A model generated the notes under the pieces. It was given only the letters and a program-made list of their open reading frames with translations. It had not been told where the DNA came from and made no database searches. Source: Nanobdellota archaeon (GTDB lineage Archaea > Nanobdellota > Nanobdellia > Woesearchaeales > WJKV01). From it: DNA of 64,000 nucleotides. The stretch spans positions 44,369 through 108,368 of the forward strand of contig JAGLWF010000003.1 in NCBI GenBank assembly GCA_023133595.1, given 5' to 3'. This document shows positions 38,897-49,060 of the stretch, piece by piece (within the stretch, counting starts at the first letter, position 1; the number at the start of each line of letters is the position of its first letter). The translations under genes and the position numbers were made by a program.

Positions 38897-39364
38897 TTGA
38901 AAGGTGATTTGAAGATGATGGGCCGCACACATATGCTATTTGGTTTTCTAGTAGGTCTGTTTGCTATCCAAGCATTGCATCCATCTAATCAAATCCTTTT
39001 CATATTCCTAGTTGTCTTGGGAGCTTTGCTACCAGACATAGATCATCCGGATTCTAAAATTGGAAGCAAAGTCAGGATTGTTGGAGCATTGTTTGAACAT
39101 CGCGGATTTTTCCATTCATTGTTCGCAGTTGCATTGTTTGTTATTCCATTCTGGATTTTTACATCAAGGATTTATGCATATGCTATTTTGATCGGTGTTT
39201 TATCTCATCTCTTGGCAGATATGATTTCGCACATGGGAATCATGCCCTTTGCCCCGATATCTAGGTTTAAATTGCGCGGCTTTATCAAAACAAACTCTAT
39301 TGGCGAGAATATCATCCTTGTTGTTGTGTTTTTACTATCAATCTGGAAACTGGTGAGCCTATGA
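38897..39364 (+). CDS. Membrane-bound metal-dependent hydrolase (DUF457/YdjM-like)
   Basis: His/Asp-rich motifs within TM helices (LPDIDHPDS, FFHS, SHLLADMISH). Confidence 0.45.
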   Translation: MKGDLKMMGRTHMLFGFLVGLFAIQALHPSNQILFIFLVVLGALLPDIDHPDSKIGSKVRIVGALFEHRGFFHSLFAVALFVIPFWIFTSRIYAYAILIGVLSHLLADMISHMGIMPFAPISRFKLRGFIKTNSIGENIILVVVFLLSIWKLVSL

Positions 39365-40248
39365 AAATTGTTTACTCTCCAAAATTCTTAGAACATGAAA
39401 CAGGCATGCATCCAGAACGAAAGGAAAGGCTTATTTTTATTAAAAGAAAATTGGATCAAGAAGGTTTCAGAGATTATGTACAAGCAGAAAAAATCAAAGA
39501 TAAAGACCTTTTGATCGTACATTCACAGCAGTTGCTGGATTCATTGAAATTAAACAGTGAAATGGAAAAAAATCAACCAGACAATATCTTCAACAAGAAT
39601 ACATTCGAGATCGCAAAACTGTCTGCTGGTGCGGCTCTTACTGCTGCTAGGATTGCTGGGAAGGAATTTGCTTTTTCTCTAGCACGTCCACCAGGACATC
39701 ACACTGGGACTCATACTTTTGCTGGGTTTTGTTATCTGAATAATATTGCTTTTGCTGTTCGAATGATACAAAAAGAGAAGAATGTTGGAAAAGTGATGAT
39801 TGTAGATTTTGACATGCATCACGGTAACGGAACACAAGAGATTTTTTATGACGATCCAAGTGTATTCTATCTTTCTTTACATCAGGATCCTCATTTTACA
39901 TATCCCGGAGTTGGTTTTTCGCACGAGAATAACGAGCATATAACAAATATTCCCCTGCCAGCTGGAACAACAGATGAAGACTTCTTGAAGATATTTAAAG
40001 AAAAAGTAAAAGAATGCTTTGAAAAGTTCAAACCAAACATGCTAGCTGTCTCTGCAGGCTTTGACATGTTCATTGCAAACGGCCCAATAGTCGGCTGCAT
40101 GCTTAACATTGAAAAAAGCGAGACGTTTTTCGAGATAGGAAAGATATTGAAAGAACTAAATGTCCCAACATTCGCAGTCCTGGAAGGAGGATATGATCTT
40201 CCTACCCTGGGCGAGAATATATGGCAGTTTCTGAAGACTTTTAAATGA
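39361..40248 (+). CDS. Histone deacetylase / acetoin-utilisation AcuC / acetylpolyamine amidohydrolase family protein
   Basis: Motifs ARPPGHHTG, FDMHHGNGTQEIF and SAGFD are consistent with the metal-binding residues. Confidence 0.8.
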   Translation: MKIVYSPKFLEHETGMHPERKERLIFIKRKLDQEGFRDYVQAEKIKDKDLLIVHSQQLLDSLKLNSEMEKNQPDNIFNKNTFEIAKLSAGAALTAARIAGKEFAFSLARPPGHHTGTHTFAGFCYLNNIAFAVRMIQKEKNVGKVMIVDFDMHHGNGTQEIFYDDPSVFYLSLHQDPHFTYPGVGFSHENNEHITNIPLPAGTTDEDFLKIFKEKVKECFEKFKPNMLAVSAGFDMFIANGPIVGCMLNIEKSETFFEIGKILKELNVPTFAVLEGGYDLPTLGENIWQFLKTFK

Positions 40249-40297
40249 CTGAGCTAAGCTTTATATATTCACCCATTTAGAAGCTTCTGGGTGTTTA

Positions 40298-41974
40298 TTG
40301 GGAATGGTTGTATCAGAAAGGACTCAAGAGCAGACACATTTAGACATATATAACCAGAATCGCGGTTATTTCTTATCATTTCTGAAGCATACTGATCAAA
40401 AACCAAATACGGTTGCACGCATGGAAGCTAGATTGAAAGCGTATTTTCCTAGGATTGTTGAAGCTTTTGCAGCATACAGTCCAGAAGGACAAGTTTTAAC
40501 TATTGGAAGTGGTGCGGGTGATGATTATTTTCCACTTTTGCATAGATTTCCGAATGATAATATTGTTACAACATTCCATGAACCAAATCTAGGTATGGCA
40601 ATCCAATTTTTTATTAAATACCTTGCTTCTGGTTTTAGATTTGATAATCTTGAGATCCACAAGCAACCATTGACAAATGCTTTTGTTTCTACTGAAAAAA
40701 ATAAATATGCTTTATGTGTCGGAACACACTGTTTTTATTATATTGATGATTGGGAATCTTCTATACGTGGATTGGTTGACTCAACAAGACCGGGGGGAGT
40801 TGCAGCTGTTACATTAACATCTCGAGAAGGAGATTTGTATAAATTTCGTGAACGATTTTTCCCTGCAGTTGGAAACGGAAAACCAAAATGTGCTGAAGAT
40901 CTTGAAGAATTGTTGGGTCGAATGGGGATAGATTTTATTTCTGAAGATTTTGAGTCTTCTTTAATAGTTGATGATGAAGAGGAAGAGAAAAATGTGTTAT
41001 CTTTCATGTTAAGAAAACATTATGATCAATTAGACGATGCGACCAAAGCTGAAATTGATTCTTATCTTCTTACTGAAGAAAAAGGCAATGGAAAATTAAA
41101 ATTGAAATTAAGGGATAAAGTAATCTGGATCCCAAAAGCTGGCGAATTTAAATTCCAACCCGGAGAAAGAAAACCAATCTGGGAACAAAAATATCTAACA
41201 GTTGGAGAATTTCATGAATTTTTTAAGTTTCATATGGATAAACTCATCAAAAAAGATTGGGATGAAGTAATGAAATCCTCCAAGTATCAGCAGTGGGTGC
41301 GTGACGAATTCCGTCGGGGATATGAACTTCTCCTGATCGGAGATTGTTTTTGCAGCGACCCATACTTTAAACAGATCTCCTTTATTGATGACAATCGTCT
41401 TGGTGCGCCTGTGAAGTTTAGGGGGCCTGACGGAAGAGAGTATTGGGGCTCTCCTACAGCATCCCAAATGAAATTGCTTGAAGAGGAAATGATGGGCGGA
41501 GAAGGAGCATATGAAATTTGCGAAGAACATAGTTCTCCAGAGGAGAGGATGAATCAACATACGTTTTTCTGGGTTGATGATTATTTAGATATGGTAATGC
41601 TAGATATTAATAGGAATGGAGCTTTAGAAATGGGCAATCCCATGTCTATAAAAACTCTTTATTTTGATTGTTATCGGGAGTTTGGACATCACGAAGTTTT
41701 TTCGATGGATGGATTTTCAATATTTAACGAGATTGTAAAACAGAATCCTCAAATCAGTGTGAAACATAAAAGAGTGACTCCTAGAGATCTTGAGACTATC
41801 TTGTTTCATATTGCTCAACAAGAAGGGCCAGAAAAATTGAAGCAAGCAATTTCTGAACTTCAGAAAATGATTCCACAGATGTCTGTTGAACCTGGAGAAG
41901 AAGAGGATTTTACTAGGTTACTTTCCGAGCTCGCTGCCAGAGCAGATCGAAGTAGCCCTCATAATCCTGCATGA
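40298..41974 (+). CDS. Hypothetical 558-aa protein; N-terminal region has a SAM-MTase motif-I-like VLTIGSGAGDD
   Basis: Long ORF with only a weak Rossmann motif. Confidence 0.35.
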   Translation: MGMVVSERTQEQTHLDIYNQNRGYFLSFLKHTDQKPNTVARMEARLKAYFPRIVEAFAAYSPEGQVLTIGSGAGDDYFPLLHRFPNDNIVTTFHEPNLGMAIQFFIKYLASGFRFDNLEIHKQPLTNAFVSTEKNKYALCVGTHCFYYIDDWESSIRGLVDSTRPGGVAAVTLTSREGDLYKFRERFFPAVGNGKPKCAEDLEELLGRMGIDFISEDFESSLIVDDEEEEKNVLSFMLRKHYDQLDDATKAEIDSYLLTEEKGNGKLKLKLRDKVIWIPKAGEFKFQPGERKPIWEQKYLTVGEFHEFFKFHMDKLIKKDWDEVMKSSKYQQWVRDEFRRGYELLLIGDCFCSDPYFKQISFIDDNRLGAPVKFRGPDGREYWGSPTASQMKLLEEEMMGGEGAYEICEEHSSPEERMNQHTFFWVDDYLDMVMLDINRNGALEMGNPMSIKTLYFDCYREFGHHEVFSMDGFSIFNEIVKQNPQISVKHKRVTPRDLETILFHIAQQEGPEKLKQAISELQKMIPQMSVEPGEEEDFTRLLSELAARADRSSPHNPA

Positions 41975-42662
41975 CTTTCTTGTTCTTGATAATGATACCT
42001 ATTGGTTCTGTCCTTAATCCTATGATGATTCCAACTCTGTCAGCATAGATGTTTAATGCGATCGGTGAATCAACTTCGTTGGGCAGGATTCTTATATCGG
42101 TATATTTCATTTTTGCTAATTCTTTTGCTCTCTTTGAACTTGAACTTTTGAACAAGATCATATCTTTTACTTTCTTTTTTACTCTTCTTGCGTGCCATCT
42201 TGCTAAATAATGTTTCAGTATCCAAGGATAACTCCAACCGCCTATGACTTTGTTTACTTTCGCATGCTGCAGGATGTCTTCAAAGAGGTTTTTTATTCCT
42301 TCTGGTCCCTCGAAGATTTGTATTGCCTGATCTTTTTGTGTTTGCTGTTTAATCTTTGTCAATTCTGGAAGAATCTTATTGAGAAGTTGTTCTTTTTGCT
42401 CTATTTCTGCTCTTTCTTCCTCTAATATTGTCATTAATTTGTTTGGGTCAACTGCTTCGTAGTGCCTTCTCTTATTTTTCATGACAAAATTGATTAATCC
42501 TTTCTCTTTTAATCTCTCTAAAGCATCATATACATTGCTTCTGTGTATGCCTGATTTTTTAGTTATAGTTCCGGCACTAGAAACCCCACTCCTTAACAAT
42601 GTGAGATAGATTTTTGCTTCGTTTCCAGCGATCCCCAGCTTTTGCAGCACTAATTTTTTCAT
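41913..42662 (-). CDS. TrmB-family HTH transcriptional regulator
   Basis: N-terminal LGIAGNEAKIYLTLLRSGVSSAGTITKKSGIHRSNVYDALERLKEKGLI is a typical TrmB wHTH; 249 aa with a C-terminal domain. Confidence 0.6.
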   Translation of the reverse strand: MKKLVLQKLGIAGNEAKIYLTLLRSGVSSAGTITKKSGIHRSNVYDALERLKEKGLINFVMKNKRRHYEAVDPNKLMTILEEERAEIEQKEQLLNKILPELTKIKQQTQKDQAIQIFEGPEGIKNLFEDILQHAKVNKVIGGWSYPWILKHYLARWHARRVKKKVKDMILFKSSSSKRAKELAKMKYTDIRILPNEVDSPIALNIYADRVGIIIGLRTEPIGIIIKNKKVMQDYEGYFDLLWQRARKVT

Positions 42663-42801
42663 ACCGCTATAAAAAGATTATAAATATATAAAAGTTTCGT
42701 AGTTATAGACTACAACAAATGTTTATGTACCTAATGGCGATTTTCTGGATAGGATACAACATCCTAAAACACTAAAATAAAATTGGGACGGAGGGATTAA
42801 T

Positions 42802-43536
42802 ATGGGAGAAATACCTAGTTATAAGGCTGAATTCATAGAATTTCTAAAGAGTATTAATGCGTTAAAGTTCGGAGAATTTACTCTGAAAAGCGGACGGAAA
42901 TCACCGTGGTTTGCAAATGTTGGAGCTGCTGATAATGGTGCACGAATACAAAGACTTTGTAAAGCATATAAAGACCGGTTGACAGCTGCACTTTTTGGAG
43001 ACCCAAGAGAAATTGAAGATTTTGATGGCCTATTCGGCCCACCCTATAAAGGAATTGGTTTAGCAATAGGGACGGCAATGCAATTCGAAGGAGAGAAGAA
43101 AGATGTTTATTGGACATTCAATCGTAAAGAAGCAAAAGGACACGGAGACGCAGGAGTCTTAGTTGGACGAAAGATTAAGTCTGGCGATAGGTTGGTAATT
43201 CTGGATGATGTTTTCACAACAGGAGGGACAAAAGAAGAAGCAGTTGATTTAATCCATAGTTTAGATGCTAAAGTTGTTGCTGTCTGCATTGCTGTTGACA
43301 GAGGCGAAGTTGCAGCTGGAGGAGAAGCAAGGTATACTGCGATCCAGGCATTCCAAGACAAATATAAGATTCCAGTTCTTTCGATTGTAAATGCTCATGA
43401 AGTTGTAGCTTATATGGCTGGCAAGACTGTTGATTTTGAGACAAAAACAGAAGTTGCCAGAAAAGAGGTTTCTTTTGATGAAGAGATCAAGCCATTGATG
43501 GAAGCTTATCTAGAAAAATACGGGGTGAAACAATGA
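42802..43536 (+). CDS. pyrE: Orotate phosphoribosyltransferase
   Basis: FGEFTLKSGRKSPWF and the PRPP-binding motif LVILDDVFTTGGT. RBS GGAGGG upstream. Confidence 0.82.
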   Translation: MGEIPSYKAEFIEFLKSINALKFGEFTLKSGRKSPWFANVGAADNGARIQRLCKAYKDRLTAALFGDPREIEDFDGLFGPPYKGIGLAIGTAMQFEGEKKDVYWTFNRKEAKGHGDAGVLVGRKIKSGDRLVILDDVFTTGGTKEEAVDLIHSLDAKVVAVCIAVDRGEVAAGGEARYTAIQAFQDKYKIPVLSIVNAHEVVAYMAGKTVDFETKTEVARKEVSFDEEIKPLMEAYLEKYGVKQ

Positions 43537-44360
43537 GAGATTATGCAATAGTTTTATCAAACGATGTTCAAGATCCAGAGAAGATGCTTGAAGTCTGTAG
43601 AATGACTGCACCTTATGTAGATGCAGTAAAGATTGGAATTACTTCTTCAATGAAACCAGGGGTTGGTATTTTTGAAGATGCAAAAAAAGTAATGGCTGTG
43701 AAACAAGCTGTTGAAAAAGAAGGAACTTTAGTTCTTGCTGACTATAAAGTTGCTGATATTGGGTTTTATAATGCAAAACAAGAAGCATGGCAAGGAACAA
43801 ATGAGAAAATCGTTCGAGTATTATCTGAGAATGGGGCTGATTTTATCACGTGCCATACAATTGTTGGAACTTCAAGTATTCAGGAATCTGTTGATACTGC
43901 ACATAAGCATGGATCTGGAGTTTTTACTTTGCCTTTTATGACACATGTTGGAGCAGAGTTATTTTTTTATCATCCAATTGATCAAGATTACACAAAACAA
44001 GTTCTTGAGAAGCTAGGTTTTGAAGAAATGCTTGGAGAAGTTGATAGGTGTGAAACAATGTGTGATTTGATCATTGCGATCGGAGAACATGTTGGTGTTG
44101 ATGGTTATATCGGGCCTGCAAATAATCCTGATGTTTTAAATCGTTATCGTCAGTTTACACAAAAGCCTCTTTGGACTCCAGGTCTCGGTAGGCAGGATAA
44201 AATGAAGAGGACACTTGATAAACAAGTTGAAGATTGGGCAGGGATTGTTGGTCCAAATTCAGGTGCAATTATAGGATCTGCAATCTATAAAGCGGATGAT
44301 CCTGCAGCAGCTGCAAAAGAGATCATGGAAATCAGAGATGCTGTTGTAAATAAATTATAG
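43533..44360 (+). CDS. pyrF: Orotidine-5'-phosphate decarboxylase-family protein (likely pyrF; a KGPDC/HPS-type relative not excluded)
   Basis: LADYKVADIG matches the DxKxxDI catalytic motif. 4-nt overlap with pyrE. Confidence 0.55.
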   Translation: MRDYAIVLSNDVQDPEKMLEVCRMTAPYVDAVKIGITSSMKPGVGIFEDAKKVMAVKQAVEKEGTLVLADYKVADIGFYNAKQEAWQGTNEKIVRVLSENGADFITCHTIVGTSSIQESVDTAHKHGSGVFTLPFMTHVGAELFFYHPIDQDYTKQVLEKLGFEEMLGEVDRCETMCDLIIAIGEHVGVDGYIGPANNPDVLNRYRQFTQKPLWTPGLGRQDKMKRTLDKQVEDWAGIVGPNSGAIIGSAIYKADDPAAAAKEIMEIRDAVVNKL

Positions 44361-44407
44361 ATTTTTTTATTTTTCTTTTTGAAAATTTAATTAAACTAGA
44401 GATAAGA

Positions 44408-45226
44408 ATGAAACATAACATCGATTTCAGAAAACATCTAGAGGATTGTTTAGGTAATCCTCCACCTGAAGATCCAGACAAACTGGTAGAAAGAGAGGGA
44501 TTTTTAGCACTATATAAGATGGCTTGTCTTCTGATTGAAGAAGGTCCGAAGATTGAAGGTGGAATTGAAATAGATGAACTAGCATTCTATGATCTTGAAG
44601 AGTATATTGTTCCATTTATGTTCAACAGAGGGAATTATGTTGGTTCTATTAAATTTAGTGCTGATGAACCATGGCAGGGTGTTGTTATGTCTTGGCTTAT
44701 GTGGTTGAAAGGGAATATCAGACCCAAACATGAAGATGGAGAAAGGATAATTGAGAATAATATTGATATTCTAACAAAAGCAATAGAAAATCCAGAAATA
44801 TTGAATGAAACTCCATATCCTTTTCTAGGAGAACATCAAAAATTTGGTCAAATACTTCTTAGATATGAAAATGATAATTTTTTCATGGATTATTATTATC
44901 ATTTTTCTTCTATTACAGACAGAAGTAATTTTAATCTTGTAGCAGTCCGTGCAATGGCTTCTTTCCCTGGCGGAGGGATTATTGGTATTGATAAGTTAAA
45001 ACATGAATTTCGTTTCGTAAATGAACGGGCAGAACAGATAACTTTTGATAGAATATTAACAATTGGAGATTATAATCCGTTGACAAAAGAACAAATGATC
45101 GAAATAGCAAAGAAAAAAGGAATTGATTATAGAGATAAAAGTGGTCTTTCGCTAGGCCAACTCTGGATGCCCCACAAACGTGTGCCCTTGCATACAGAAG
45201 AATATTTTGAGCAAACTAGGGATTAG
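44408..45226 (+). CDS. Hypothetical protein (272 aa)
   Basis: ORF only. Confidence 0.35.
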   Translation: MKHNIDFRKHLEDCLGNPPPEDPDKLVEREGFLALYKMACLLIEEGPKIEGGIEIDELAFYDLEEYIVPFMFNRGNYVGSIKFSADEPWQGVVMSWLMWLKGNIRPKHEDGERIIENNIDILTKAIENPEILNETPYPFLGEHQKFGQILLRYENDNFFMDYYYHFSSITDRSNFNLVAVRAMASFPGGGIIGIDKLKHEFRFVNERAEQITFDRILTIGDYNPLTKEQMIEIAKKKGIDYRDKSGLSLGQLWMPHKRVPLHTEEYFEQTRD

Positions 45227-45283
45227 CAACCCTTAAATATTCGTGATATTCTAGGTTCTAAAACCATTTGGAGGGGGGATAAA

Positions 45284-45751
45284 ATGGAAGAAGAATTTAA
45301 ATACCATATTCATACAGAAAATGCACCGCCGCCAGGAGCGTACAGCCAAGCTGTTGCAGTAAGACATGGCAATTTTTGGGAAGTGACCACGAGCGGTATC
45401 TGCGGAGAATTTCCAGTTTCTGCAGGAGAAAATGCAGGTGAAGCTGTCGAAGGCGGAACTGCAGCAGAAACAACAAAGGCATTAGAAAATATTGTAGCAA
45501 TATTCGAATCAATTGGAGGAAGCATACGCGATCTAACTAAGATGACAGTTTATCTGGCTGATGGCAGTGATGATTCTTTTAATGCGTATGCTGAAGCTTA
45601 TGCAGCAGTCTTCAAAGGAGTAGATAAATTACCTGTTCGAGTAACTGTAACAGCAAAACCTCCTGTTGCAAGACTAGTTGAGATCCGAGCTGTTGGACAT
45701 ATTGCTTTGGATGATTTCAAAGTGTCTCCAAATTATGAAGATATGGCTTGA
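45284..45751 (+). CDS. RidA/YjgF/L-PSP family protein
   Basis: APPPGAYSQAV near the N-terminus and ...TVYLAD...VRVTVTA near the C-terminus, typical of the family. Confidence 0.6.
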   Translation: MEEEFKYHIHTENAPPPGAYSQAVAVRHGNFWEVTTSGICGEFPVSAGENAGEAVEGGTAAETTKALENIVAIFESIGGSIRDLTKMTVYLADGSDDSFNAYAEAYAAVFKGVDKLPVRVTVTAKPPVARLVEIRAVGHIALDDFKVSPNYEDMA

Positions 45752-45828
45752 AGAAGGTATAGCTAGCTATCCAATCTATCATGTCCAGATAAAGAATCTT
45801 GTGTAGATGACGAAGAAGCTTAATTTTT

Positions 45829-46704
45829 CTATTTTTTCTTCTCTTTTATATATTGTTTTAACTTCTGGAAATCTTCGAAAGAGATTCCTGTTTCTCCGAG
45901 ACTGACTTTTCTTATGCTTCCGTGGAAATCAGTGCCGCCAGTCTCTAGAAGTCCTTTATTGTTGGCAATTTTCTTCAGGAATTGATTTTTTCTATCTGAT
46001 TCTTCTTTTGGTACTCCGACCCTGTTTTTATCATATGGATAAGCAGTTTCAATACCTTCTCCTCCAAGATTAACAAAGAAATCTATTAATTCTGCAGTAT
46101 CTTCATCGTTATACGTTGCAGGATGCGCCAGAAATGCCACACCGTTTGCTTTTTTTATGACATCTATTGCTGTTTTAATACTGATCTTATTTTTTGGTTT
46201 CACATAAGCAGGCTTTCCTTTCTCTAGATACTTATCAAAAACATCCCAGACTGAATCAAATTCTTCAGGATATTTCTTTAATAGCACAGCAGCAATATGG
46301 GGTCTAGCAAAAGAATCTTCCACTGTCCTGGCCACTTCTTCAAAAGTGATATCAAAGCCAAGTTGCTGAAGTCTTCCAATTATTCTTTTCTTCTGCCTTA
46401 TTCTGCTCTCTTTTCTACTTTTGCAGAATTCAACCAAAGTAGGATTGTTAAAATCAACAAACAATCCAAGAACATGAACCTCATCAAAGCTTTTTTCTTC
46501 TTCAATACAACTGATCTCTATTCCAGGAATAATCTCGATATCCTTGTCTTTTGCATATTCAACTGCTTTTTCACAACTATTTACACTGTCATGATCAGTT
46601 ATGGCAATTGCCTTTAATCCAGATCTAACAGCAATATCAACTAATTCTTCAGCAGAAAATTCTCCATCCGATGCATTTGTATGGCTATGTAAATCAATTT
46701 TCAT
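45829..46704 (-). CDS. PHP-domain phosphoesterase (TrpH/YciV-like)
   Basis: MKIDLHSHTNASDG...AITDHD. Confidence 0.75.
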   Translation of the reverse strand: MKIDLHSHTNASDGEFSAEELVDIAVRSGLKAIAITDHDSVNSCEKAVEYAKDKDIEIIPGIEISCIEEEKSFDEVHVLGLFVDFNNPTLVEFCKSRKESRIRQKKRIIGRLQQLGFDITFEEVARTVEDSFARPHIAAVLLKKYPEEFDSVWDVFDKYLEKGKPAYVKPKNKISIKTAIDVIKKANGVAFLAHPATYNDEDTAELIDFFVNLGGEGIETAYPYDKNRVGVPKEESDRKNQFLKKIANNKGLLETGGTDFHGSIRKVSLGETGISFEDFQKLKQYIKEKKK

Positions 46705-46731
46705 TATGAAACTAAAAATAAAATAATATAT

Positions 46732-47508
46732 CTAACTGTATCCCAGGTCTCGCAACCTTTTCATGATTGTTTCTCTTACAGCCCCCCTTCCAGCTCTTTC
46801 GTGAGCATCAGGATCGGTATTCTTGGAAGTGCAGTGAGTGCATCCCAGTGATGTGTATCCTTCAGCATAAAGTGGGTTGCATTTGATCCCTTTCTTTTTT
46901 ACATAATCCAATACATCTTGCTGTGTCCAGAATAGTATTGGATGGACTCTCACGTGTTTTGGAAATTTAGGAGGGTCTCTTGGTGAGAAAACGATTTCTT
47001 GTGCCCGTTCCTCGTGCTCAAGACCTCTGATTCCAGTTATCAATGCATCCATCCCTGTATCTTCTACTGCTTTTAGCATAGGCTTGATCTTATGGTATTC
47101 GCAGCAAAGAGCTGTGAATTCAGGAGTCATGAAACCGTGTTGTGCTTTAAACTCTTCGAACTTATCAGTTTCAGACATGAATTCTTTGTAATTTTTCACA
47201 CCGAATTCTTCTATGATCTCTTTGATATACTTATATGTCTCTTGAAACTGAAATCTTGTGTTTGCAAAGACAACAGGAGTATCATCTTTTATGATCTCTT
47301 TTGCAAGATGAAGTATTACAACACTATCAGTTCCTCCGCTGAACCCAATACCGACATTCTTGAAAGTTCTGAATGCATCTCTAATAATACTTTTAGAAAT
47401 AGTTTCTTTTACATCTAAAGGCAGGTCAAGCAAGAACCTGACTTCTGGTTTCATAAGGTTTTCACACTTTTTTGTCCTAAATTCTTTTTGAAATCTTTCC
47501 TCTACCAT
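46732..47508 (-). CDS. PAPS-reductase-family PP-loop protein (CysH/DndC-like ATP pyrophosphatase fold)
   Basis: PP-loop GFSGGTDSVVILHLA; C-terminal Cys pair LGCTHCT. Confidence 0.7.
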   Translation of the reverse strand: MVEERFQKEFRTKKCENLMKPEVRFLLDLPLDVKETISKSIIRDAFRTFKNVGIGFSGGTDSVVILHLAKEIIKDDTPVVFANTRFQFQETYKYIKEIIEEFGVKNYKEFMSETDKFEEFKAQHGFMTPEFTALCCEYHKIKPMLKAVEDTGMDALITGIRGLEHEERAQEIVFSPRDPPKFPKHVRVHPILFWTQQDVLDYVKKKGIKCNPLYAEGYTSLGCTHCTSKNTDPDAHERAGRGAVRETIMKRLRDLGYS

Positions 47509-47524
47509 TTTGGTTATTCCTCCA

Positions 47525-48733
47525 TTATTTTATTGTATCCATAAGTGGTTGTAATTCACTTTCACCTTGGTAAACATTAGTTGTTTCATCTGGATCTTTT
47601 TCAAGATCGTATTCTTCAATCTGAGCATGGTGCCCCCCCTTGCAAAGATGGCAGAAATTATCATTTGCAAAGATTAATTTTTTATTTTTTGTCCTGACAG
47701 CCCTGATATCTTTGCACAAACCGTCAAAGAAAAACATCTCTTCTCTTATCGGAGTTCCATTTTCAAACAATGGTCTCATGGATTTGCCATCAAACTTTAA
47801 TCCTGTATCAAGTCCAAGATAATCCAGGATAGTAGGAAGTATGTCAGTATGCTGGGTATATTGACTTATGTCTTTGGAATTAATTCCTGGAATCTTCATG
47901 ATAAAAGGAACTCTTAGGGAGATATCAAAAAGTCCAGAGTGGCTGAAATAAATTCCATGTTCTCCTATACTGGTCGCGTGATCTCCTAGGAACAGAAAAA
48001 TAGTATCATCCCATTTGCCGGATTCCATTAAAAATTCTTGTAATCTTTTAATGTGATTGTTTACTGTTTCGATTGCAAGATCATATTTCTCGATCATCTG
48101 AGAAAATGTGTATAATCCTTTATTTTCTATCCTTCTTCTCATATACTCTCTCTGCTTTTCATCCTTGATCGAGTCAAGAGTCGCTTGGACATCCTTACTC
48201 TCTCCAGTATATTCAATATGAGGATAAGGAAAATGTGTGTCCCACAAATGCATGAATAGAAAAAATGGTTTTGTGCTATTTTTGATTCTGTGGATTGCCA
48301 GATCAGTCATTTCTTTTGTGGAAGTAAAAGGTGCATTAGGATTTTTTGGTGTTTCTCCAGGCATTATCTCATCGTAATGAGTAAATCCTTTCTGAAACCA
48401 CATTCCCAGCCAGTCAACACCAATTGTTTCATATCCTTTATCTCTTAAGAAACTTGGAAGCCAGAATTCAGCCTGTGCTTTTTCAAAATTTGTGAATTCT
48501 TCATCCTGATTGTACGGCAGTTGATGAAGGACTCCGTGATGATTAGGATATTTGCCAGTAAAAAGAGATGCCAAAGATGGCGCTGTTGCATTTGAGGTTG
48601 AAAAATGATTTCTGAACAGGATGTTATCTTTTGCTAATACTTTCAAGTGCTTGTCTGTTTCTTTTTGATACCCGAACATGCTCAGATGATCTGGTCTAAA
48701 TGCATCTACTAGAATTACAATTACGTTTTTCAT
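47525..48733 (-). CDS. Alkaline-phosphatase-superfamily 'sulfatase-like' hydrolase/transferase; active-site motif atypical (T-A-P-S-L instead of C/S-x-P-S-R)
   Basis: N-terminal VIVILVDAFRPDHLSMFGY metal site; the nucleophile position reads NATAPSLAS. Confidence 0.65.
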   Translation of the reverse strand: MKNVIVILVDAFRPDHLSMFGYQKETDKHLKVLAKDNILFRNHFSTSNATAPSLASLFTGKYPNHHGVLHQLPYNQDEEFTNFEKAQAEFWLPSFLRDKGYETIGVDWLGMWFQKGFTHYDEIMPGETPKNPNAPFTSTKEMTDLAIHRIKNSTKPFFLFMHLWDTHFPYPHIEYTGESKDVQATLDSIKDEKQREYMRRRIENKGLYTFSQMIEKYDLAIETVNNHIKRLQEFLMESGKWDDTIFLFLGDHATSIGEHGIYFSHSGLFDISLRVPFIMKIPGINSKDISQYTQHTDILPTILDYLGLDTGLKFDGKSMRPLFENGTPIREEMFFFDGLCKDIRAVRTKNKKLIFANDNFCHLCKGGHHAQIEEYDLEKDPDETTNVYQGESELQPLMDTIK

Positions 48734-48734
48734 T

Positions 48735-48959
48735 TTAATCTAGATAACCCAACCCCCTTAGTCTATCCTTTACTTTGCGTTCATCCTCTTCTGAGAAAGC
48801 CTCTTTCCTCTTATCCATCTCAGACCCAGAAATAACTTGTCTTAAGATATAAGTCACATAGCTTGATACTGAATTAAAGCCAGTTCCAGCTATCCGTTTT
48901 TTCAGCTTGTCTGCCAATGGCCTTGGAATTGATATTGTTGTGATATTGCTTTCTGACAT
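48735..48959 (-). CDS. Ribbon-helix-helix (CopG/Arc-like) DNA-binding protein, coupled to the downstream sulfatase-like gene
   Basis: ITTISIPRPLADKLKKRIAGTGFNSVSSYVTYIL has the RHH beta-strand plus two helices. Stop 2 nt from the next start. Start taken at MSESN. Confidence 0.5.
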   Translation of the reverse strand: MSESNITTISIPRPLADKLKKRIAGTGFNSVSSYVTYILRQVISGSEMDKRKEAFSEEDERKVKDRLRGLGYLD

Positions 48960-49060
48960 ATACATCACCCCGGGATACAATATATTTCAATTATATTTAA
49001 TTGGTATTTATAGGGTATTTATTTCTTCTATATAAATCTTATGAAATTCAGATATAGAAA